Shown: positions 10,137 through 21,391 of the stretch, piece by piece
Position numbering within the stretch: position 1 is the first letter of the stretch
Layout of the letters: each line of letters begins with the position of its first letter
Assembly (NCBI RefSeq): GCF_003590945.1
Contig: NZ_QYUK01000011.1
Coordinates: 2,922,909 to 2,946,908, forward strand
DNA from: Oleomonas cavernae
GTDB taxonomy: Bacteria > Pseudomonadota > Alphaproteobacteria > Zavarziniales > Zavarziniaceae
DNA: 24,000 bases
Reading direction: 5' to 3'
Translations under genes and position numbers: made by a program
Notes under the pieces: model-generated
Databases searched by the model: none
What the model was told of the DNA's origin: nothing
The model's input: the letters and a program-made list of their open reading frames with translations, nothing else

Positions 10137-11440
10137 ATGACCACGAGCCACGACACGCCGCAGGACAAGAAGCGGGACGAGCCGGCGGACGGCTCGCCCC
10201 GCCGGCCGCCGGTCGTCCTCTATCTCGCGCTGGCGCTCGCGGCCGCCCTAGGCGCCGCCGTTGCCTGGGTGGTGCTGAGCGCCCCGCCGCCGCCGCAAGC
10301 CGCGTCGGTCGCGATCGCGCCGGCCCCAGCCGCGCCCCCCCAGCCACGCCGGCCCCGGAAGCGCCACCGACCGAAGCACCACCGCCGGAAGCCACCGCCG
10401 CCGCGCCGCCCGAAACGCCTGCGCCTGAAGCACACCCGGCCGAGCCTGCGCCGCCCGAACCGGCGGTAGGCGGCAGCCTGCCTTCCCCGGCTTCCGGGAT
10501 CCAGGACACCGTGCCGACGCCCGCCGTCGAGCCGCCGCATGCGCCGCCGGCCGAGCCATCGCACGCACCGCCGGCCGAGCCGCCGCACGCACCGCCTGAA
10601 GCCGCGCCGGCGCCTGCCGCCGCACCGGTCGGCGCGCTCTCCCCCGCGCCGGACCCGGCCCTGATCGAGCCGGGACGCGAGGGATCCCTGCCGATCATCG
10701 GCGCCGACGGCCGCCAGGCCTGGCGGGTCTATGCCCGGCCCTTCGCCGATACCACCGCCCGGCCGCGCATCGCCATCATCGTGGCGGGCCTGGGTCTGCG
10801 CGAATCGACCTCGCAGGAGGCCATCGCCAGGCTGCCGGCCGATGTAACCTTAAGTTTCACACCCTATGCCCGCAACCTCGAGGATTGGACGGCCCGGGCG
10901 CGCGGCGCCGGCCACGAGATCCTGATGCAGGTGCCGATGGAACCGGTGGATTTCCCGACCAGCGACCCCGGCCCCAAGGCCCTGATGACCGGCCTCGGCC
11001 CGAACGACAACCGGGCGCGCCTGGAATGGACCCTGGCCCGTGCCACAGGCTATGTCGGCGTGATGACCTATATGGGCTCGCGCTATACCAGCAATGCCGA
11101 CGCGGTGACGGCCACGGCCGAGATTCTCAAGGCGCGCGGGCTGATGATCCTGGACAGCCACACCGCCGACCAGTCGACGGTCGCCGGCGTCGCCGGCCGG
11201 CTGGGCCTGCCCCATGCGGTCGCAACCCGTTTCATCGATGCGACGCCGACGCGCGCGGCCGTCGATGCCAGGCTCGCCGAGCTGGAGCGCTTCGCCCAGC
11301 AGAACGGCGCCGCCATCGGGATCGCCGCGGATTACCCCGGCTCGATCGAGCGGATCGCCGCCTGGGCGGCGGGGCTCGAAGCCCGCGGCTTCGTCCTTGC
11401 CCCGGTCAGTGCGCTGGCCGACACCACGACCGCCGAGTAG
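10137..11440 (+). CDS. divergent polysaccharide deacetylase family protein (YibQ-like), membrane anchored, interrupted by an apparent frameshift in a C7 run (10335-10341)
   Basis: ORF 10137..10469 gives an N-terminal TM helix (VVLYLALALAAALGAAVAWVVL) and the start of a Pro-rich linker, then turns to Arg/Lys/His nonsense. The frame of ORF 10511..11440 is open back to about 10343 as PAPEAPPTEAPPPEA... and continues into the YibQ-type domain (RIAIIVAGLGL...LSFTPYA...HEILMQVPMEP...GVMTYMGSRYT). Confidence 0.8.
10529..10600 (+). repeat. in-frame 24-bp tandem repeat, 3 units (EPPHAPPA / EPSHAPPA / EPPHAPPE)
   Basis: Units are gagccgccgcatgcgccgccggcc (10529-10552), gagccatcgcacgcaccgccggcc (10553-10576) and gagccgccgcacgcaccgcctgaa (10577-10600). 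They lie inside the Pro-rich linker of the YibQ-like gene. Confidence 0.85.
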
Positions 11441-11446
11441 GAGATT

Positions 11447-11920
11447 ATGGACATTACAGCCCTGCCCTACCGGCCCTGCGTCGGCATCATGCTGATCAAC
11501 CAGGACAACAAGGTCTTCGTCGGCCAGCGCTTGGACCAGATCGCGGAAGCCTGGCAGATGCCCCAGGGCGGCATCGACCCGGGCGAAAGCCCCGAGGTCG
11601 CCGCCCTGCGCGAGTTGAAGGAAGAGGTCGGCACCGACAAGGCCGAAATCATCGCGCAAAGCCGGGACTGGCTGACCTACGACCTGCCGGCCGACCTGAT
11701 CGGCAAATTGTGGAAGGGCCGCTATCGCGGGCAGAGGCAGAAATGGCTCGCCATGCGTTTCCTAGGCGACGACCGGGATATCGACATCGCTACCCACGAG
11801 CCCGAGTTCATGGCCTGGCGCTGGATCGAGCCCGACCTGCTGCCCGACGTCATCGTCCCCTTCAAGCGCGATCTCTATACCCAGATCGTCGCCGAGTTCC
11901 GCCACCTGTTCCCGCGTTGA
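11447..11920 (+). CDS. rppH: RNA pyrophosphohydrolase (Nudix hydrolase)
   Basis: 157 aa. Nudix box [22 protein letters not shown], and the family-typical [11 protein letters not shown] and [10 protein letters not shown] segments. Confidence 0.92.
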   Translation: MDITALPYRPCVGIMLINQDNKVFVGQRLDQIAEAWQMPQGGIDPGESPEVAALRELKEEVGTDKAEIIAQSRDWLTYDLPADLIGKLWKGRYRGQRQKWLAMRFLGDDRDIDIATHEPEFMAWRWIEPDLLPDVIVPFKRDLYTQIVAEFRHLFPR

Positions 11921-11932
11921 GGCCCAACTATT

Positions 11933-12742
11933 ATGAGTAAACCCGCACCGGACCGGGCTGCGCCCAAGGGCGAGATGGTTCTGCTACACGGGGCGTTCAG
12001 CGGCGGCTGGGCGATGGAGGGCTGGGCCGAGGTGATGCGGGCACGGGGCTGGAACTGCCATACCCCCAGCCTGCTGCACCACGACACGCCCGCCCACGGG
12101 CGCCCGCATCCCGATCTGGGGCGGACCGGCCTGACCGATTTTGCCGACGACATCGCCCACAAGATCAAGGCGCTGCCGGAAAAGCCGGTGATCGTCGGCC
12201 ATTCCATGGGCGGCCTCGTCGCGCAGATGCTGGCCGGCCGCAACCTGGCCCGTGCCATCGTCCTGCTGGCCCCCAGCCCGCCCTGGGGGGTGATGCCCTC
12301 GACCGATTTCGAGGTCCTCTCAGCCGTCGGCATGGTTGCCACCCTGGGCATCTTCTGGGATGGCCCGATCCATCCGGTCTACCGGGTGGCGCGGGATCAC
12401 ACCCTGAACCGCCTGCCGCGGGACGAGGCGCGGGCGGTCTTCGCCCGTTTCGTGCCCGAATCCGGCCGCGCCGTGTTCGAGATCATGCATTCGATCTGGG
12501 ACATCCGCCGCGCCAGCCGGGTCGAGCCGTGGACGGTCAAATGCCCGGTTTTCGCTGCGGCGGGCAGCGACGACCGGGTGAATTCGCCGCGCACGGTCCA
12601 GCGGATCGCCAGCCGCTACCAGGACAGCGGCCGCTCGGTGTTTCGCGAATACGAAGGTTTCAGCCATTGGATGCTGAGCGAGCCGGGCTGGGAGGCAATC
12701 GCCCGCGACGGCGCCGACTGGCTGGACACGATCGGGCCATGA
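11933..12742 (+). CDS. alpha/beta hydrolase fold protein, unknown substrate
   Basis: 269 aa. VLLHGAFSGGW, the nucleophile elbow VIVGHSMGGLVAQ, and later GSDDRV and FSHWM are consistent with a Ser-Asp-His triad. Confidence 0.8.
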   Translation: MSKPAPDRAAPKGEMVLLHGAFSGGWAMEGWAEVMRARGWNCHTPSLLHHDTPAHGRPHPDLGRTGLTDFADDIAHKIKALPEKPVIVGHSMGGLVAQMLAGRNLARAIVLLAPSPPWGVMPSTDFEVLSAVGMVATLGIFWDGPIHPVYRVARDHTLNRLPRDEARAVFARFVPESGRAVFEIMHSIWDIRRASRVEPWTVKCPVFAAAGSDDRVNSPRTVQRIASRYQDSGRSVFREYEGFSHWMLSEPGWEAIARDGADWLDTIGP

Positions 12743-13212
12743 TCCGCGCCCTGTCCCTGGCGGCGGGAATCGGGCTGCTGGCGACCGCGGCACCGGCCAG
12801 GGCCGATATCGCACCGCCCCCGACCGACGACAGCACCCTGGTCGAGATCGTGCCGCCGGGCGAGCTGGACGGCAGTTGGCGTGTGGTGACCAACGACAAG
12901 GCCGAGATCCCGATCGTCACCCTGGATATCGCCCATGCCGCGGACGAGGCGCGGGCGGCCGGGGTCTTTACCGCCCTGCCGGGCCTGTGCCCGCCGGCCA
13001 CCGCGGGCGACGATTGCGAATGGGACGGCATCACCGGCGAAGTGACCGACATCGTGCTGACCGATACCGGGGTGCTGATCAGCTTCAACCCCAGCGCCGG
13101 CGCCGACGACGAGCAGAACCTGCGCCTTGCCCCGCAGCCGGACGGCTCGTGGACCGGCACCCTCGACGGTCAGCCGCCGCGCAAGGTGAAGATGAGCCGC
13201 CCGCCCGAATAG
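12739..13212 (+). CDS. hypothetical secreted protein
   Basis: ATG 12739 overlaps the hydrolase stop (ATGA) and gives MIRALSLAAGIGLLATAAPARA/DIAPP, a clear signal peptide. I recognise no domain. The longer track ORF from 12529 overlaps the hydrolase in another frame. Confidence 0.65.
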   Translation: MIRALSLAAGIGLLATAAPARADIAPPPTDDSTLVEIVPPGELDGSWRVVTNDKAEIPIVTLDIAHAADEARAAGVFTALPGLCPPATAGDDCEWDGITGEVTDIVLTDTGVLISFNPSAGADDEQNLRLAPQPDGSWTGTLDGQPPRKVKMSRPPE

Positions 13213-13215
13213 GGC

Positions 13216-13722
13216 CTAGCCGTCGACACCCATGATGCCCGGCGACTGGGGCCCGAACAGGATCTGGCGCACCGCACGGGCGAAATTGTCGATCAGGACA
13301 TCGTCGGGCAGGCCGGGCAGCGGTTCCATGGCAACACCGTTGATGTTGTCGCGCAGCACGACAAGATCGCCGCTGGCGGCAACCTGGCCCGTCTTGGGCC
13401 CGACCAGTTGCACCCGGCCATCCAACTGGCCGCCAAGCGCCAGGGCCGTATTGCCGGTGCCCGTCCCCTTGACGTAGTTGGTCAGGGAAACCTCGAGGTT
13501 AAGGGGATAGCTGCCGTTGGGATTGGTGGCGAACTCCCCCTCCAGGCGCTTCTGCAGGGCGGTGTCGATACGGTCGGGAATGCCGGGGCCATTGACCGTC
13601 ACCTTGACCACGCGCACGGCCGGCGTGAGCAGGGCCTGATAGGGCGACGGCTCGGGTTCGCAGGCGGCGATGCCGATGGCGGCCGTCACCAGGACAGCCA
13701 GGCGGAAGACATGGCGCAGCAT
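13216..13722 (-). CDS. hypothetical lipoprotein
   Basis: 168 aa. MLRHVFRLAVLVTAAIGIAAC has a lipobox-like Cys at the end of a signal peptide. GGGGA SD about 7 nt upstream of the ATG. No recognised domain. Confidence 0.65.
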   Translation of the reverse strand: MLRHVFRLAVLVTAAIGIAACEPEPSPYQALLTPAVRVVKVTVNGPGIPDRIDTALQKRLEGEFATNPNGSYPLNLEVSLTNYVKGTGTGNTALALGGQLDGRVQLVGPKTGQVAASGDLVVLRDNINGVAMEPLPGLPDDVLIDNFARAVRQILFGPQSPGIMGVDG

Positions 13723-13853
13723 CGAGTAATCCCCAGCCCCGAGAAACCAGCCGCGTATTGTTGCCGCGACGGCCCCTCGCGGGCAAGTGCCGCTGAAAAA
13801 TTAGCCCTCTCCGCCCCCGAGCTACAGGATCCGCAGATCTGCTTCGGCGGAGC

Positions 13854-13898
13854 ACAAAGCCCTCTCCTCCGAGGGAGGAGAGGGTTGGGTGAGGAGGT
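13854..13898. repeat. left terminal inverted repeat of the DUF559 unit (contains its own 11-bp-stem hairpin 13860-13884)
   Basis: acaaagccctctcctccgagggaggagagggttgggtgaggaggt. Internal hairpin is ccctctcctcc gag ggaggagaggg. Confidence 0.9.
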
Positions 13899-13933
13899 CG
13901 TAGAGCCGCAGGACACCAGCATCGTAAGGTGGA

Positions 13934-14275
13934 TCAGGCCGCTTCGAGGTGCCGGCGGATCTCCTCGATGACTCCGGTCAGATTCGTCATCACCTCATTG
14001 TTCCAGAAGCGGATGACACGATAGCCGTGTCTGGCGATCACGGCCGTTCGTGACGCATCTGCTGCCACGCTTAGCGCATGCTGGCCGCCATCGAGCTCAA
14101 TCACCAAACGCCGCTTGGGACAGGCGAAATCAACGAAATAGGGACCGATCGGGTGCTGGCGCCGGAATTTCCAGATCAGGTTGGCCTCGAGCAGAGCACG
14201 CCATAGCCGTTTCTCCGCCTCGGTGGCATCACGACGAAGGCGGCGGGCGACAAGGGTCTGCGGGCTGACGGTCAT
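13934..14275 (-). CDS. DUF559 domain protein (Vsr-like / PD-(D/E)xK endonuclease fold)
   Basis: MTVSPQTLVARRLRRDATEAEKRLWRALLEANLIWKFRRQHPIGPYFVDFACPKRRLVIELDGGQHA...RHGYRVIRFWNNEVMTNLTGVIEEI matches the DUF559 pattern as I remember it (RQHPIGPY-VDF, LVIELDGGQH, RFWNN-V). An alternative GTG start at 14308 lies just inside the right repeat, which supplies AGGAGG only 2 nt upstream. Confidence 0.8.
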   Translation of the reverse strand: MTVSPQTLVARRLRRDATEAEKRLWRALLEANLIWKFRRQHPIGPYFVDFACPKRRLVIELDGGQHALSVAADASRTAVIARHGYRVIRFWNNEVMTNLTGVIEEIRRHLEAA

Positions 14276-14309
14276 GAGATGAATTTGTCCGACGATCTCC
14301 TGCCCCACA

Positions 14310-14354
14310 ACCTCCTCACCCAACCCTCTCCTCCCTCGGAGGAGAGGGCTTTGT
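14310..14354. repeat. right terminal inverted repeat of the DUF559 unit (hairpin 14324-14348)
   Basis: acctcctcacccaaccctctcctccctcggaggagagggctttgt is the exact reverse complement of 13854-13898. Confidence 0.9.
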
Positions 14355-14375
14355 ACGCGGCGGAGAGGGTGTCGA

Positions 14376-15194
14376 CTAAGCGGCCGTGCGTTCCAGCTTG
14401 CGGGTGCGCCTTGCCCACAGCCACCAGGCGCCGCGCTGGGTGATGGCGGCAACGGGGCCGTGCGGTTGCAGGCCAATGGCCTTCATCATCATCGAGATCG
14501 CCCGGGCCAGGTGGCCATAGCGATAATTGCGATAGGCGCGCCGGCCATAGGCATTCAGCGACCGCACCCGGTCGTAGGGCATGTCGGCGCCGAAATTGGC
14601 GCAATGGAAGGCATAGGACAGTTCGTCGTCATCCGCCTCGTTGATCCGGCCCAGCGCCACGCGCAGTTTCGAGAACAGGCTCATCTGGTCGGGATTGTAA
14701 CGCTTGAGATTGTCGTAGAAGAGCTTGAAGTGACGGAACTCGTCGCCGGCGATCATGTGGCAGATCTGCTTCAGGACCGGTTCCTCGGCGGCATCGCGAA
14801 TCGCGCTGTAATAGCTCGACGTGCCACATTCGACGACGCAGCGCGCCAGCAGTTCCGCCGCGCGCGAACCGCGCACCGAATCGGTCACATCCAGCGGCAG
14901 CCGATAGCCCGCGCGGAACCGGCGCAGGCTGTCTTCGAAATCGAAACGGGGATCGGCATGCTTGGCCCAGGCGGCCAGCGCCAGCCCGTGCATCTCCTCC
15001 TCGTCGCCCCAGCGGCGGATCAGCCCGTGCAGGTCGACGTCATCCTTGAAGACGTTCAGCAGATAGGTGACATAGTCGCGGCTGTTGGCCTCGACCAGAC
15101 TTGCCGCCTTGACGGCCATGACCATGTCCGGGTCAATCTTGGTCGGGTCGAAATTCTCCCACCCGATATCATCAAGTCCCCATTGACGGCCCAT
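14376..15194 (-). CDS. ferritin-like diiron-carboxylate protein, soluble acyl-ACP-desaturase-like
   Basis: 272 aa. Two E...ExxH-type motifs are present: LVEAN...WGDEEEMHG and VVECG...IAGDEFRHFKLFY. They parallel the WTAEENRHG / DEKRHE motifs of soluble desaturases. A TGcTAGAAT extended -10-like motif sits on the minus strand at 15232-15240. Confidence 0.65.
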   Translation of the reverse strand: MGRQWGLDDIGWENFDPTKIDPDMVMAVKAASLVEANSRDYVTYLLNVFKDDVDLHGLIRRWGDEEEMHGLALAAWAKHADPRFDFEDSLRRFRAGYRLPLDVTDSVRGSRAAELLARCVVECGTSSYYSAIRDAAEEPVLKQICHMIAGDEFRHFKLFYDNLKRYNPDQMSLFSKLRVALGRINEADDDELSYAFHCANFGADMPYDRVRSLNAYGRRAYRNYRYGHLARAISMMMKAIGLQPHGPVAAITQRGAWWLWARRTRKLERTAA

Positions 15195-15346
15195 GCCTAC
15201 TCTCTCCCGCTGCCGTGGCCTGCGTGTCGGAATTCTAGCACAAGCGGCTGGCGCAAATCAGCCATAGCCCGGTATAGGCGCGGAAAGTGTGACACGCAAG
15301 CTACAGCCGCCCCGTTGCCGGGACCGATCGCGCAACCCGATCGGTG

Positions 15347-16018
15347 CTATTCGGTCGGGACGGCCGCCGCCCTGGCCCGGAATACCGTCGCCATGGCAAC
15401 CAGACGTCCATATTCGGGGCGTATTTGCTCGGGCATGGTGATGTTTATCCCGACGGCGCCGTTTGCCGACAGTTTGTAGAACATGAAGGACCGGATGCCG
15501 TCGACCGGCGCCGGGGGGTTCTTCTCGGGAATCCAGCCGCTGTCCTCGTCCTGCAGCATGGCGATCGTGGCCTCGGCGGCATCCAGACTGTCCAGCAGGG
15601 CCACCCGGCAGCGATCGACCGGTGTCGGCAGCAGGACAAAGGTTTGAATCTGGCCCTCAATGCCTTCGGTCGCGGTCCAGAACATCTTCTGGCCCTCCAG
15701 ATCGACCGAGACGGCCTTGATTTCCTGCGCCGGCGCCCGGCTCGGATCCTCCATGCCGCCGCGGAACCCGGTACGATCCCCGATGGCAACGGCATCGCCC
15801 ATGGTCTTGGCGGTCGAGATCAGTTCGGCACAGAAACCAGCAGCGCCGGCAAAGAACTGCTCGGCCAGGGGCCGGCCCTCTGGTGCCGGTGCGGATGCCT
15901 CGGGTGCCGCCGCGGTGGCCCCCGTCTCCTCCGGCGTTTCGCAACCAGCCAGCAGGAACCCCGCAAAACCGAGCACGACCGGCATCAGGCGCAGGCTATC
16001 CCGGATCGGCCTTGCCAT
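15347..16018 (-). CDS. hypothetical lipoprotein
   Basis: From ATG 16018: MARPIRDSLRLMPVVLGFAGFLLAGC (lipobox LAGC), with a GGGGGA SD just upstream. No recognised domain. The track ORF extends to 16075, but that start lacks an SD. Confidence 0.65.
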   Translation of the reverse strand: MARPIRDSLRLMPVVLGFAGFLLAGCETPEETGATAAAPEASAPAPEGRPLAEQFFAGAAGFCAELISTAKTMGDAVAIGDRTGFRGGMEDPSRAPAQEIKAVSVDLEGQKMFWTATEGIEGQIQTFVLLPTPVDRCRVALLDSLDAAEATIAMLQDEDSGWIPEKNPPAPVDGIRSFMFYKLSANGAVGINITMPEQIRPEYGRLVAMATVFRARAAAVPTE

Positions 16019-16147
16019 GGCTGTCCCCCTTTGATGGCGTTGCCGGAAAGATAAGGCCGGCCGGCGGACAAGCAAACCGTCCTGTTCGGCAATCCACCGG
16101 ACCCGCGAAAAGTTCCCGGCGGCGACGGGAGAGCCAGGGTCTGCGCT

Positions 16148-16179
16148 GCAAACGACAACGGCGGCCCGATGGGCCGCCG
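16148..16179 (-). terminator. Rho-independent terminator of the atp operon
   Basis: On the minus strand: cggcggccc atc gggccgccg (9-bp GC stem, 16159-16179) followed by ttgtcgtttgc. It lies 27 nt downstream of the atpC stop. Confidence 0.7.
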
Positions 16180-16205
16180 TCGTTCAACTCGGTCGATGTG
16201 CCGGA

Positions 16206-16604
16206 TCAGGCGGCGTCGAGGACTTCCCGAATCGCCTGGGCCCGGGTTTCGGCGCGCAGGCGCTGGGTGTCGTCCGCGGCAGCGGCGATGTCCGCCTCGG
16301 CATCCTTCAGCTTGGCCTGCCAGTCGGCCTTCTTGGCGGTGGCGAGGTCGATCGCCTCCTCCGCCAGGATGGTCAGGCCGTCGGGCGTCACCTGGGCGAA
16401 GCCGCCGCGCACGAACAGGCGCGTGGAGACCTTGCCGGCCTCGTAGACCTCGACCACGCCGGTGCGCACCAGGGCGACCAGCGGGGCATGGTCCGGCAGG
16501 ACGCCGAAATCGCCGTCGGCACCCGGCACCACCACCTGCTCGACATCCGCCGAGAACAGCAGCTTTTCCGGGCTCACCAGTTCGAAATGGACCTTGTCGG
16601 CCAT
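16206..16604 (-). CDS. atpC: F0F1 ATP synthase subunit epsilon
   Basis: 132 aa. MADKVHFELVSPEKLLFSADVEQVVVPGADGDFGVLPDHAPL. Last gene of the atpHAGDC order. Confidence 0.95.
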   Translation of the reverse strand: MADKVHFELVSPEKLLFSADVEQVVVPGADGDFGVLPDHAPLVALVRTGVVEVYEAGKVSTRLFVRGGFAQVTPDGLTILAEEAIDLATAKKADWQAKLKDAEADIAAAADDTQRLRAETRAQAIREVLDAA

Positions 16605-16620
16605 CTGTCTTCAGCCTTCC

Positions 16621-18956
<2,336 letters not shown>

Positions 18957-18990
18957 GGCTGGCTATCCCTTACGCTACTTGGCCGGGGCG

Positions 18991-20519
<1,529 letters not shown>

Positions 20520-20520
<1 letters not shown>

Positions 20521-21080
20521 TATGCAATTCCCTTCATGGCGACCGCGAGGCGGTCCAGCTTGGTTTTGAGGCTGCCGTCGATCTGGCGCGATCCGACTCG
20601 CACCACGAGGCCGCCGAGGAGGCTTTGATCGACTTTCGCGTCGATCACGACGGTCGCGCCGATCAGGCGCGACAATTCGGCTTTGAGCTGCGCGTCCTGG
20701 GCGGCGGTCAGCGGCTCGGCCGAGACCACGTTGGCCGTGACTTCGCCGCGGTTCTTGGCGGCCAGCGCGCGGAAGGCGCTGATCGCCGCCGGCAGCGCGA
20801 ACAGGCGGCCGTTCCGGGCCAGCAGACGCACGAAGTTTGAGGCATAGGGGCCGATGCCGGCGCGCGACAGCAAGGCGGTCATGCCGCGTTCCTGCTCGTC
20901 GCGCTTGCGGATCGGGCTGCGCAGAAAGCGCCCCAGATCCGGCGATTCATCGATCAGCGCCGCGATACGAATGAGATCGCCTTCCACCGGGCCGATCGCA
21001 TTGCCCTGCCTGGACAGATCGAACAGCGCCGAGGCGTAGCGCCCCGCAATTTGTGCAACGATCGATGATGAGGTTGCCAA
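20520..21080 (-). CDS. atpH: F0F1 ATP synthase subunit delta (OSCP)
   Basis: 186 aa with [12 protein letters not shown] near the N-terminus. Position upstream of atpA, overlapping its start by 1 nt. There is no in-frame ATG; TTG at 21080 is the first start. Confidence 0.9.
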
Positions 21081-21391
21081 GACCTGTCGCCCCCGGCAGC
21101 CGCCCCGCAGGGGCCACCTCTAAGCTATTGAAATCACAAGACGAAATGTGGCGCGCCGAAAGCGCGCGCGAACCCCGCCCGCCAAAGCAAGCGGTACGTA
21201 CCACAGGCATTTGTGTGCTGCAACCAAAAGGCCCGCGTCAAAATGGCCAAAGCCCGTGATTGCGGCGGCAAAATGACCGCGTCTTCGACCTTCGTCGTAA
21301 TTTTCCGCTCCCCCACCGCCATTCGAACGATGCCAGCGGGGTTCTTCGGAGTCATGGTGGGCCCAAGCGGCGACAAGCCCGGAGGCGAGCC

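Larger units (their letters stand above)
13853..14357. mobile_element. candidate small insertion unit: DUF559 gene bounded by perfect 45-bp terminal inverted repeats and an 8-bp direct repeat
   Basis: 13854-13898 is the exact reverse complement of 14310-14354. cggcggag occurs at 13845-13852 and 14358-14365. Excision regenerates an 11-bp-stem hairpin (13805-13815 with 14359-14369). Mobility is an inference. Confidence 0.45.

Noticed and set aside
8873-10168. 431-aa minus ORF and 421-aa alternative plus-frame ORF (8875..10140) overlapping ctpA
   Set aside because: The CtpA frame carries the PDZ and S41 motifs. The others are Arg/Gly/Pro-rich shadows.
12529-12738. Upstream extension of the secreted-protein ORF
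   Set aside because: It overlaps the 3' end of the alpha/beta hydrolase in another frame. ATG 12739 yields a clean signal peptide.
13827-13840. Adjacent BamHI (ggatcc) and BglII (agatct) sites in the loop of the reconstructed hairpin, reminiscent of a cloning linker
   Set aside because: There is no other vector-like sequence. agatct is part of a 10-bp natural palindrome (gcagatctgc) inside a REP-type loop, so this is most likely coincidence.
14276-14476. N-terminal extension of the DUF559 ORF through the right repeat and into the diiron gene
   Set aside because: It translates the inverted repeat (QSPLLRGRRGLGEEVV) and overlaps the end of the 14376..15194 gene. The DUF559 domain begins right after ATG 14275.
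21193-21202. Perfect 10-bp palindrome ggtacgtacc in the atpH / small-CDS divergent region as a possible operator
   Set aside because: It is a single short palindrome with no second copy and no matching regulator motif I can name. I also could not find a convincing -35/-10 pair for atpH, so no promoter is called.
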